Positions 1 through 7,760 of a stretch of 59,242 nt of DNA are shown piece after piece. This DNA comes from Candidatus Saccharimonadota bacterium (GTDB taxonomy: Bacteria; Patescibacteriota; Saccharimonadia; QS-5-54-17). The notes below the pieces were generated by a model. It saw only the letters and a list, made by a program, of their open reading frames with translations. It did not search any database and was not told the origin of the DNA. Location: NCBI GenBank assembly GCA_050486185.1, contig JBJHCT010000004.1, positions 1 to 59,242 on the forward strand, read 5' to 3'. A program made the position numbers and the translations under genes. The first letter of the stretch is position 1. Every line of letters begins with the position of its first letter.

Positions 1-16
1 TAAAAGGAGTTTTGTT

Positions 17-145
17 ATGGAGAGAAATTCGGATCTAAGCAAAGGAATAACACCAATAGAGGGTTCAGAAGTACCCTATGAAGAGGGCGGAGTTTTAGAA
101 GCCTCCAGATTTGCTAAAGGTGATGGCTGGAGTCCTAATCAGTAA
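17..145 (+). CDS. Candidate RiPP precursor peptide (42 aa: MERNSDLSKGITPIEGSEVPYEEGGVLEASRFAKGDGWSPNQ) with KxxxW / streptide-like C-terminal core
   Basis: Hand-translated; too short for the supplied ORF track. ATG 17-19, TAA 143-145, AAGGAG Shine-Dalgarno at 4-9 with a 7-nt spacer. Same strand and 50 nt upstream of a radical SAM/SPASM gene. The C-terminal AKGDGW equals the first six residues of the streptide core as I remember it (AKGDGWKVM). Confidence 0.55.
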   Translation: MERNSDLSKGITPIEGSEVPYEEGGVLEASRFAKGDGWSPNQ

Positions 146-195
146 GTAGCGAACTCTCTAATTACTTGCCCAGCTTTCAGGGAAAAGAGGTATAA

Positions 196-1662
196 GTGAG
201 TGAACTAGCAAATAGCAAAGAGATATATAGAGATAATCTTAATAGTCCAAATACTGAACAATTTATTTTCAGACATGAATTTTATGGTGGCTTAGTCCAC
301 TCCAGAACAGACGGGCTTAGGTATGAACTTAGCCATGAGTACATTGCTTTTCTTGAAGCTTTAGATACCTCTGGAGACATAGATATAGCTACTTTTGCTG
401 TTAGGTTAGCTATACCAGGCGCTGAGGGTTTTAATCCAGACATAAACGAACTTTCTAGGCGTAATCTTCTGACTGAATCAAGCGGCACCAGAGAACAGAA
501 TAATAATTTAGACTCTGTAACAGAGATTATAGTTTCGAATTATAAAGAAAGTAAGACAAGGGACTATTTGCGAGCTCCTGTCAACTTATCGGTATATCCA
601 CTAATGGCTTGTCAGTTGAGCTGTAAGTTCTGCTATGTTTCGCCAGAAAAGTGGGAGGCTGGATCTAGACCTGTAGAAGATTGGATAGAGGTGATGGTTC
701 AAGCAAGAGATGCCGGCACCCCATTTATATCTTTTCTAGGTGGAGATCCGGCTCTGTACAAAGGTATGCCAAGGCTTGTAAGGGCGTGTGATGAGGTTGG
801 AATTAAGGGTACTATAACTACAAATGGGAACTATATGAGCTCAGAACTTCTTAGTGCCTTAGTTGATACGGACAAGATAACTCCAGTGGTATCTATCCAG
901 TCTCTAGATGATTTTCACGAAAGCATAACGGGTAGACCTGTGAGTGAGCCTATAGATACTCTTGGGAAACTTCATGAAAGTGGGACTAGGTGTAACGTTA
1001 ATATGGTTTATACAGAGCAGTCTTACGATCAAGTTGAAAAACTGGTAGATTTTTGCAATAGAGTTGGCGCAGGCAAGTTTACTATAGGCGTGTTTACAGA
1101 TATAAACGATAGCCATATTAAAGTTCCTAGCTTCTCTGATTACAGGAAGTTGCATGAGCACATATCTAGCTATATAGAAGCTCAAGGATATGATGTGGTT
1201 TTTCAGACTGAAGGTTGTCAGCTATATACTGCATACCCTGAGTTAGACTACAAGGCAAAAACCCACTATCAACAATTGACCTTAGGATGTGATGCTGGTC
1301 AAGGTAGGTGTGAGATTATGCATGATGGCAGTATTCTTGGTTGTGCTTTGCTAGACAAAGATAAATGGGGTGGATTGAGCGTGTTTGAGTATGGGTATCA
1401 GGAAGCTTGGGATAAGAGTCAAGAGCTCTCTAAAATAAGAGAGATTCAGAACAGGGACGAAGCTTGTAATAGCGGGCAATGTGGTTTTAGCGATTTTTGT
1501 AATGGCGGGTGCCCTGCACACAATGAGAGACTTTATGGAGATCCAGAAGCTGGTGGCGATCAAAGATGCGAAATACGTAGCGATATTCTAGCTACGGACG
1601 CCCTTAGTTCCGTTATTAATAACGGTAGAGCAAGGTTGCCTGTGTTAAGTAGAGAGGTTTAG
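196..1662 (+). CDS. Radical SAM/SPASM-domain peptide maturase (candidate KxxxW Lys-Trp cyclase, StrB-like)
   Basis: 488-aa ORF with GTG start and AAGAGG upstream. Radical SAM CX3CX2C motif 'CQLSCKFC'. Cys-rich C-terminal SPASM-type region 'CDAGQGRC..GC..CNSGQCGFSDFCNGGCPAH..RCE'. About 110 aa precede the rSAM core, consistent with a peptide-recognition (RRE-like) domain. The radical SAM/SPASM call is firm; the specific chemistry is inferred from the adjacent peptide. Confidence 0.8.
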   Translation: MSELANSKEIYRDNLNSPNTEQFIFRHEFYGGLVHSRTDGLRYELSHEYIAFLEALDTSGDIDIATFAVRLAIPGAEGFNPDINELSRRNLLTESSGTREQNNNLDSVTEIIVSNYKESKTRDYLRAPVNLSVYPLMACQLSCKFCYVSPEKWEAGSRPVEDWIEVMVQARDAGTPFISFLGGDPALYKGMPRLVRACDEVGIKGTITTNGNYMSSELLSALVDTDKITPVVSIQSLDDFHESITGRPVSEPIDTLGKLHESGTRCNVNMVYTEQSYDQVEKLVDFCNRVGAGKFTIGVFTDINDSHIKVPSFSDYRKLHEHISSYIEAQGYDVVFQTEGCQLYTAYPELDYKAKTHYQQLTLGCDAGQGRCEIMHDGSILGCALLDKDKWGGLSVFEYGYQEAWDKSQELSKIREIQNRDEACNSGQCGFSDFCNGGCPAHNERLYGDPEAGGDQRCEIRSDILATDALSSVINNGRARLPVLSREV

Positions 1663-1669
1663 GTATAAA

Positions 1670-3445
1670 ATGGAGGTACTTAATAATGATAATAACCATG
1701 ATCCAGCAATGAGTGACTATTTAGACATAGAGTCAGTCAGCCTTATCAAAGAATGGGTGGATGATCCCCAATGGGCGCATACCATAATCAGGGATTATCA
1801 ATTAAGCCCAGAACTCAAGAAAGATGTTTTATCTATAGTACAGAGCTTAAGCGAGGGTGGTGTGGACCACGACAGATTAGATAGCACCCTATCACGTTTA
1901 AGAGAGTTATCTAAAGACAGTATTGATTTAGCTACTGCGAGCAAAGACGATGAGGTGGACACATGGAAGAAAGCTCGCATAGCGTATGTGTATTACGGAT
2001 TGGGTGAGGCTATAGTAGAGGGAAGCTCTTTTAGTGCGGACGTCATAGCTGATATCAAGAGCGATCTAGGTGAGAACTACCTCCAAGACTTGCGCAAAGT
2101 AGATCTTCTTACCCCTTCAATACTTACTAAGATATCCAGCGGGGTAACAAAAGAGTCTTTAAGAAGCGAATTGATAGATGTTTTAGATCTAGAGAGTGTT
2201 AAGAAGTATCTAGTGCTAAAGAAATGGCAGGACGATCAGCATATATACCATGAAGACTACCTGCACCCTAGATTTAAAAGTTTACGAACTAGATTTAGCA
2301 AGTATGTAGAACTAAACCATCCCAATCTAAAAGAAGAGAGCGAACGAGATGCTCTGTTTGCTATAGAGAACCTATATTGCAGCCAGCCTCTATCTCTTAC
2401 GGATGTAGCTAAATTCATTAAAGCAGAGGCTATAGGTGTTGATTCTCTAACCTCTTCTTTGGGCGGTAAGGCTGTAGGATTAATTAAACTACTACTATCT
2501 GGAGCAAAAGTACCTAGCACTTTTGTTGTCCCCGTAGGTATAAAGGAAGAAAGTATCGGGGAATATATCCCACCACATGAGGGTGTATGGGCTGTGAGAA
2601 GTTCTGCTACGGTTGAGGACGGCGAAAAGACTGCTTTTGCAGGAATATTTCAGAGCTTTTTAAGAGTGCCTAGTAGTGGATTGCTTGAACACATAAGAAA
2701 AGTTATATTATCTGCGGATTCAAAAAGAGTAGCAGATTATGTCAGGCAGTTTGATACAGACAAGCCAGAGATGGCTGTTTTAATTCAAGAATTTCGACAG
2801 CCAGAATTAGCTGGAGTATGGATGGGGTCTAATAGTGATAGTGGACACCTAGAGTGGGTGAAAGGTGATGGAGAGAAGCTTGTTGCTGGTCAGGTTACTC
2901 CTAACCACGAGAGATGGAGTCTGGGCAAACTTGTTGATGGGAATCCTTTAACAGTGGGTGGAGAAAAGGTATTAGTAGCTAAAGAAGCTATCAAGCTACA
3001 AGGTGCCTTGGGAGTCGATACTGCTGATTTTGAGTTCTGCGTCGTAGATGGCGAGATTATTTGGCTGCAGTTTAGGCCGGTTACTAAAATTATATCCTCT
3101 GAGATGCAAGAAGAGGGTGTAAGAAGCGGAGAGTTTATTAAAGGCATGCCAGCATCTCCTGGTCAATGTGAGGGCGACGGCTTTGTGGCTGATAGTCCAG
3201 AAGATGCGGTAGACATCTCAAAAAACAAGGTGTTGATATGTGATGTTACAGATCCTGACTGGCTGTCTGCAATGATCAAATCTGAGGGTATAGTTACCTC
3301 AGAAGGAGGTGTTCTTTGCCATGCCGCTATAACTGCCAGGGAGTTAGGTAAGCCAGCGGTGGTGGGTGCTGGAGAAGAAGTTCTAACACTTCATGACAAA
3401 AGAGTTAGTGTAGATGGTAGCTCAGGAGTAGTAAAAAGACTGTAA
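1670..3445 (+). CDS. PEP-utilising enzyme (PEP synthase / PPDK / rifampicin-phosphotransferase-like ATP-grasp plus swivel-His phosphotransferase) with an unrecognised ~250-aa N-terminal domain
   Basis: 'GGKAVGLIKLL' and 'VRSSATVEDGEKTAFAGIFQS' match the PEP/pyruvate-binding ATP-grasp domain. C-terminal 'TSEGGVLCHAAITARELGKPAVVG' matches the phosphohistidine mobile domain. Starts 7 nt after the rSAM stop, so probably co-transcribed. Confidence 0.75.
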   Translation: MEVLNNDNNHDPAMSDYLDIESVSLIKEWVDDPQWAHTIIRDYQLSPELKKDVLSIVQSLSEGGVDHDRLDSTLSRLRELSKDSIDLATASKDDEVDTWKKARIAYVYYGLGEAIVEGSSFSADVIADIKSDLGENYLQDLRKVDLLTPSILTKISSGVTKESLRSELIDVLDLESVKKYLVLKKWQDDQHIYHEDYLHPRFKSLRTRFSKYVELNHPNLKEESERDALFAIENLYCSQPLSLTDVAKFIKAEAIGVDSLTSSLGGKAVGLIKLLLSGAKVPSTFVVPVGIKEESIGEYIPPHEGVWAVRSSATVEDGEKTAFAGIFQSFLRVPSSGLLEHIRKVILSADSKRVADYVRQFDTDKPEMAVLIQEFRQPELAGVWMGSNSDSGHLEWVKGDGEKLVAGQVTPNHERWSLGKLVDGNPLTVGGEKVLVAKEAIKLQGALGVDTADFEFCVVDGEIIWLQFRPVTKIISSEMQEEGVRSGEFIKGMPASPGQCEGDGFVADSPEDAVDISKNKVLICDVTDPDWLSAMIKSEGIVTSEGGVLCHAAITARELGKPAVVGAGEEVLTLHDKRVSVDGSSGVVKRL

Positions 3446-3616
3446 CTCTATAATCTAATACGAATGTACAAGATGTAAATACTCTGACGAGAGAATTTTA
3501 GCAGTTCACCATAAAGATAAAAACAGAAATAACAACAACATAACAAACCTTATATGACTCTGTTACAATTGCCATTTTCTAATTCATAATTATAATAGTG
3601 AGTCAGAAGGTTATAT

Positions 3617-3691
3617 GGTGCCTGTAGCTTAATGGTAAAGCTCCGCCTTGTGGCGGCGGCGACGAGGGTTCAATTCCCTTCAGGCACCCCA
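3617..3691 (+). tRNA. tRNA-His (anticodon GUG), with encoded G-1 and CCA
   Basis: Cloverleaf folded by hand. Extra 5' G at 3617, acceptor gtgcctg/caggcac, anticodon stem ccgcc/ggcgg with loop ttGTGgc, T-loop ttcaatt, 3' CCA. Confidence 0.9.
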
Positions 3692-3714
3692 TACTTTGTT
3701 TGATTTTGGCTTAG

Positions 3715-3748
3715 TAATGGTGCTATATTAAGAATATAGTAACCATTA
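3715..3748 (+). promoter_or_regulatory. Imperfect 34-nt hairpin abutting the AGGAGG RBS of the yggT-like gene
   Basis: TAATGGT-g-CTATATT-aag-AATATAG-ta-ACCATTA (two 7-bp stems). GGAGG follows directly at 3749-3753. No T-run, so not a classical terminator. Confidence 0.3.
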
Positions 3749-3759
3749 GGAGGCACCTT

Positions 3760-4089
3760 ATGAATGTAAGTGTTAAATTAGTTCAAAACCTAACCAACTT
3801 CTTTGTCGGTTTAGTAGAATTATTCCTAGGTTTACGGTTTGTGCTCAGATTGTTTAATGCCAATACAGCTAATGAGTTTGTAGCTTGGCTATACCGAGTC
3901 AGCGATCAGCTACTCGAGCCTTTCAGAGGCATATTCCCAGTTAGGGAGATAGAACCTGGATTTGTAGTTGAGTTTTCAACTCTATTTGCTATGGTGGCCT
4001 ACGCTATTATCGGCTTCCTCATCATCAGCCTAATAGGTACGCTAACTTCTAGCGAGAACGATTCTAGCGACAATCAAGAACATAGATAA
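3760..4089 (+). CDS. YggT/Ycf19-family small membrane protein
   Basis: 109 aa with hydrophobic N- and C-terminal helices. 'LRFVLRLF...LLEPFRGIFP' resembles the YggT repeat. Strong AGGAGG RBS. Confidence 0.65.
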   Translation: MNVSVKLVQNLTNFFVGLVELFLGLRFVLRLFNANTANEFVAWLYRVSDQLLEPFRGIFPVREIEPGFVVEFSTLFAMVAYAIIGFLIISLIGTLTSSENDSSDNQEHR

Positions 4090-4159
4090 AATATAGCTAC
4101 CCCCAGAATCCAAGGTTACCCTCTTGAAAAAGCATTAGCTTTATGCTATAGTATTATTT

Positions 4160-4528
4160 ATGAATGAAAAACCATCATGGGAACAAGACAGAGAAGAAGC
4201 TATGCGAGACCGCCGAGCTGAACAGACCGGTGTGACCCCAGCGTCGTTACAAAGAGGGGAGCTACATCAAAGACCGGGATATCAAGCGGCCGTAAGGCGT
4301 TTAGGTGAAGCTGGTTTACTAGATGAAGTAGGAGTTGAAAGCAGATTATCTGGTGAGCATGGTAGAAGGCTGAGAGAAGAACCTCATGAACCTAGTAGGT
4401 CAACACTTACCCAAGAACAGGTTATAGACGAAAATGATCGAGCTTGGAGAGAAATGATGGGGTACCTCAGCTCAGATAGACAGGATAGTGGTACTACCGA
4501 TCAACTAGAACTACCCATAGATGAATAG
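4160..4528 (+). CDS. Hypothetical protein, Arg/Glu-rich, no recognisable domain
   Basis: 122-aa ORF in an otherwise empty interval. TATAGT lies about 7 nt upstream of the ATG and there is no obvious RBS, so it may be leaderless. Confidence 0.45.
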   Translation: MNEKPSWEQDREEAMRDRRAEQTGVTPASLQRGELHQRPGYQAAVRRLGEAGLLDEVGVESRLSGEHGRRLREEPHEPSRSTLTQEQVIDENDRAWREMMGYLSSDRQDSGTTDQLELPIDE

Positions 4529-4547
4529 CTAACTATTTAATTTTTTA

Positions 4548-5858
4548 CTACTCCTGGTTATCGGAACTAGTCTTAAAGTTAGCTCCAATAGACTCTAATT
4601 TATCCAAAAACTGATCGTAGCCTCTAAGTAGGTGTTCTACGCCAGTTAGAGTAGAGGTGCCATCAGCTACTAATGCAGCTATGACATGAGCCATGCCGGC
4701 ACGGATATCTGGTATATCTATCTTGGCGGGCTTTAGTTTAGTGGGGCCTTGGATGATAGCGCTGTGTTTGTGAGACTCTCCTTTAAAACGGCAATCTATC
4801 TCACCTAGACATTTAGTAAATATAGCTATATTAGCCCCCATATCATTCAGGCTATCTATGTAGCCGAAACGGCCTTCATAGACTGTCTCATGAACCACTG
4901 ACAACCCTTGAGCCTGGGTTAGTACTACCACTATTGGTTGTTGCCAGTCGGTAGAAAATCCTGGCCAAGTGTCGGTCTCAAGTTCAGTACCGCGCAAACC
5001 TTCAACACTGCGTTTAAAAGTAATACCATCATCATTGATCTGATAATCTCCACCAATACGTCTAACTGTGTTTAAAAACGTACTTAAATGATCTTGCACT
5101 GCGTTTTTAATGGTAATCTTACCGCCTGTAGCGATAGCTGCAGCTGCGTAAGAAGCTGCCTCTAGCCTATCCGGCATAACACTGTATGAGGCGCCATGCA
5201 GCCTCTCTACGCCATCGATAATAATGACTCTATTGGCTCTAAACTCGATGATAGCGCCCATTTGCTGCAAGAGTTTGATGAGATCTAATATCTCAGGTTC
5301 GGTAGCTGCATTGTAGATACTGGTTCGTCCCTCTGCCAATGTTGCAGCTAATATGATGTTTTCTGTAGCTCCAACACTAGGATAGTCTAGTTTAATGGTA
5401 GTACCTTTGAGTCTTTCGGCTTTAGCGTGGTAACCACTGTCATCATATGTAATCTCAGCTCCCATCTGCTGTAGAGCCTTGATGTGATAATCTACCGGTC
5501 TAGGTCCAATCTTATCGCCATCTACAATCGGCACTTCAGCACTGCCAACGCGGTGAAGTAGTGGGCTCAGGGTTAATATCGATATACGGTTTTTACGAGA
5601 TAGATGCTTAACGCTAGTATTAGCTATATCCTTAGCATGTATGCGCAAAGTATGGTCTTCTAGCTCTGTTTCAGCTCCAACAGCTTCTATGATATCTTTA
5701 GTGATCTCAATATCACCTATTTTAGGTATGTTATATAGTACTACCGGCTCATTTGTTAGTAGTGCTGCTACCATCATTTTAGTGGCGGCGTTTTTAGCAC
5801 CGCTAACACTGACTTCACCGTTTAGCGGCTGTCCGCCAGTGATTTTTAATGTTTGCAT
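4548..5858 (-). CDS. murA: UDP-N-acetylglucosamine 1-carboxyvinyltransferase
   Basis: 'MQTLKITGGQPLNGEVSVSGAKNAA', 'IGPRPVDYH' and full-length EPSP-synthase-fold similarity. Start placed at the internal Met (MQTLKI), not the ORF-track Met at 5897. The active-site position is Asp rather than Cys (see findings). Confidence 0.9.
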   Translation of the reverse strand: MQTLKITGGQPLNGEVSVSGAKNAATKMMVAALLTNEPVVLYNIPKIGDIEITKDIIEAVGAETELEDHTLRIHAKDIANTSVKHLSRKNRISILTLSPLLHRVGSAEVPIVDGDKIGPRPVDYHIKALQQMGAEITYDDSGYHAKAERLKGTTIKLDYPSVGATENIILAATLAEGRTSIYNAATEPEILDLIKLLQQMGAIIEFRANRVIIIDGVERLHGASYSVMPDRLEAASYAAAAIATGGKITIKNAVQDHLSTFLNTVRRIGGDYQINDDGITFKRSVEGLRGTELETDTWPGFSTDWQQPIVVVLTQAQGLSVVHETVYEGRFGYIDSLNDMGANIAIFTKCLGEIDCRFKGESHKHSAIIQGPTKLKPAKIDIPDIRAGMAHVIAALVADGTSTLTGVEHLLRGYDQFLDKLESIGANFKTSSDNQE

Positions 5859-5931
5859 ACCAAGTATTGTAGCAAAAGCCGGTATATATAACAGCATTAG
5901 CTTATCTGATATAATCTGGAAGCGTAAACAT

Positions 5932-6007
5932 GCCCCGGTAGCTCAGTGAATAGAGCGTCTGGTTTCGGCCCAGAAGGTCGTAGGTTTGAATCCTACCCGG
6001 GGTGCCA
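5932..6007 (+). tRNA. tRNA-Arg (anticodon UCG)
   Basis: Acceptor gccccgg/ccggggt (G1:U72), anticodon stem tctgg/ccaga with loop ttTCGgc, T-arm gtagg-tttgaat-cctac, CCA encoded. Confidence 0.9.
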
Positions 6008-6053
6008 ATTTTTACTATTTATGGTATAAATCTATCTGTTCATTAAAACTTCC

Positions 6054-6130
6054 GGGCCTGTAGCTCAGTTGGTTAGAGCAGCGGCCTCTTAAGCCGCGTG
6101 TCGTGGGTTCGAATCCCACCAGGCCCTCCA
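6054..6130 (+). tRNA. tRNA-Lys (anticodon CUU)
   Basis: Acceptor gggcctg/caggccc, anticodon stem gcggc/gccgc with loop ctCTTaa, T-arm gtggg-ttcgaat-cccac, CCA encoded. Confidence 0.9.
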
Positions 6131-6163
6131 TTTGATATTTATAAAGTATAGTATGCTATTTGT

Positions 6164-6967
6164 ATGGAGCAGCCATTTACAGCAGTTGTGGGGGTAGAAA
6201 GTAGAAGCCAGTACTTGGAACTGGCTCAAGAAGTTGCTGATAGAGATCGCTCACTAGGTGAATTAGCGGTCGGAGTTTTGATGAGCGAAAAAACTGGCTT
6301 ACTGGGATTACCTAATCGTCACGGAGAAATTTATCCTGACTTTGATCGACTAGATGCTATAGCTCATGCAGCTGAGAGTCTCGATAATCTTGGCCTACCC
6401 ATCATAATTCACTACAACACAGATAATCCTGATAGGGTGGGAGATCAATTGATTAGAGCTCTAGCTCCGTATCCAAATATAAAATTGGTCCAGGTCAACG
6501 GACTAGACCTAGATCAACTTCGCAAATTACGCAAACTCAAAGAATCTAAAGACATTTCAATTATTATGCAAGTTAATGCTCAGCTATTAGAGTCTCATAC
6601 CCCGAGTGAGTTAACTCAAGCTATAACTAGGTTCGATGAGGAGGTAGTGAGTTATGCTTGGCTAGATGGTTCTGGAGGCTTAGGTAAAAAGCTAGATTGG
6701 GAGAAGCTAGAACCATTCGTAAAAGAATTGCAAGGGGTCGGCATAGGCGTAGGTATAGCTGGTGGTTTGAACCCGGATAACTTAGAAGAAATGCTACCTG
6801 ATATACTAGATAGTTATACAGAAATAAGCTGGGATGCTCAGAGCGGCGTGATGGATACGATCGATAGAGGGATACAGAGATTTGATACTAATAAAGCAAA
6901 GAACTTCTTGGTTAAATCTATGCAACTAAGACAACAAATTGCAGCTAGAGATGCCGATGCTGCTTAA
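6164..6967 (+). CDS. Phosphoribosylanthranilate isomerase (TrpF)-like TIM-barrel protein
   Basis: 'LVQVNG', 'LDGSGGLGKKLDWEKL', 'IAGGLNPDNL' and 'SWDAQSGV' follow the order of the PRAI signature blocks (LHG / D..GGtGk.fdW / lAGGl.p.Nv / vD.sSGvE). No other trp genes in the window. Confidence 0.45.
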   Translation: MEQPFTAVVGVESRSQYLELAQEVADRDRSLGELAVGVLMSEKTGLLGLPNRHGEIYPDFDRLDAIAHAAESLDNLGLPIIIHYNTDNPDRVGDQLIRALAPYPNIKLVQVNGLDLDQLRKLRKLKESKDISIIMQVNAQLLESHTPSELTQAITRFDEEVVSYAWLDGSGGLGKKLDWEKLEPFVKELQGVGIGVGIAGGLNPDNLEEMLPDILDSYTEISWDAQSGVMDTIDRGIQRFDTNKAKNFLVKSMQLRQQIAARDADAA

Positions 6968-7760
6968 AGGAAGTGAAATCGCCGGTTATATCAAGGTTGC
7001 TCAAGCACAAACTGTGCGTAGTTTTCAGTATACCGGCAAGCAACCACAGCTAGCTATCATAAACTGTGGCGATAGAGTAGTAAGTAGTAAGTATATAGAG
7101 CTAAAACAGCAGTACGGAGAGGATATAGGGGTTGGGGTGAGTAAGTATGATGTTGAGCCTAATGATCTTATTAAGCAAATTGAAAAACTTAATAAAGATC
7201 CTGAAACTCACGGTATTATAGTCCAGCTACCACTACTAGAAGGGATAGATACAGACAAGATTCTAGATAGTATCGACCCGCAAAAGGATGTCGATGGATT
7301 GGGCGATAACTCTGTTTTTGACCCGGCTACACCCACGGCTATATTGTGGTTGTTGGCAGGATATAATATTGATTTAGAGGGTAAAGAGATAGGGGTGGTT
7401 GGACTTGGTAGATTGGTAGGTGCATCGCTAGTAAAACTTCTTGAGAGTTCAGGACACAAACCCATAGTTTGTGATGAGGATAGTGGTAACTTAGAAGAAT
7501 TGATGGAAACTTGCGATATAGTGATTACCGCTACCGGTCAACCAAAACTAATTACCAACAAACTAATTAGACCTAATCAAGTAATTATCGATGCCGGTAC
7601 TTCTAATGATAACGGTAGTTTAGTGGGTGATGTCGATCCATCTACTTATGAGAGAAATGATATTAAAATCAGCCCAGTACCTGGTGGTGTTGGGCCTCTA
7701 ACAGTTTGCGCTTTATTTGCTAATGTAGTTGAGGCTTTTAAGACTCTAACGCTTGAGTAA
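6951..7760 (+). CDS. folD: Bifunctional methylenetetrahydrofolate dehydrogenase / methenyl-THF cyclohydrolase
   Basis: 'HGIIVQLPL', 'DPQKDVDGL', 'PATPTAILWLL', 'VVGLGRLVG' and 'PVPGGVGPLTV' motifs. Start is ambiguous (ATG at 6939, 6951 or 6957) and overlaps the upstream gene. The 3' end overlaps the convergent response-regulator gene by 23 nt. Confidence 0.85.
   Translation: MPMLLKGSEIAGYIKVAQAQTVRSFQYTGKQPQLAIINCGDRVVSSKYIELKQQYGEDIGVGVSKYDVEPNDLIKQIEKLNKDPETHGIIVQLPLLEGIDTDKILDSIDPQKDVDGLGDNSVFDPATPTAILWLLAGYNIDLEGKEIGVVGLGRLVGASLVKLLESSGHKPIVCDEDSGNLEELMETCDIVITATGQPKLITNKLIRPNQVIIDAGTSNDNGSLVGDVDPSTYERNDIKISPVPGGVGPLTVCALFANVVEAFKTLTLE

Noticed and set aside
5641-5949. 102-aa plus-strand ORF overlapping the murA 5' region and running into tRNA-Arg.
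   Set aside because: It is antisense to murA and overlaps a tRNA gene; no supporting motif.
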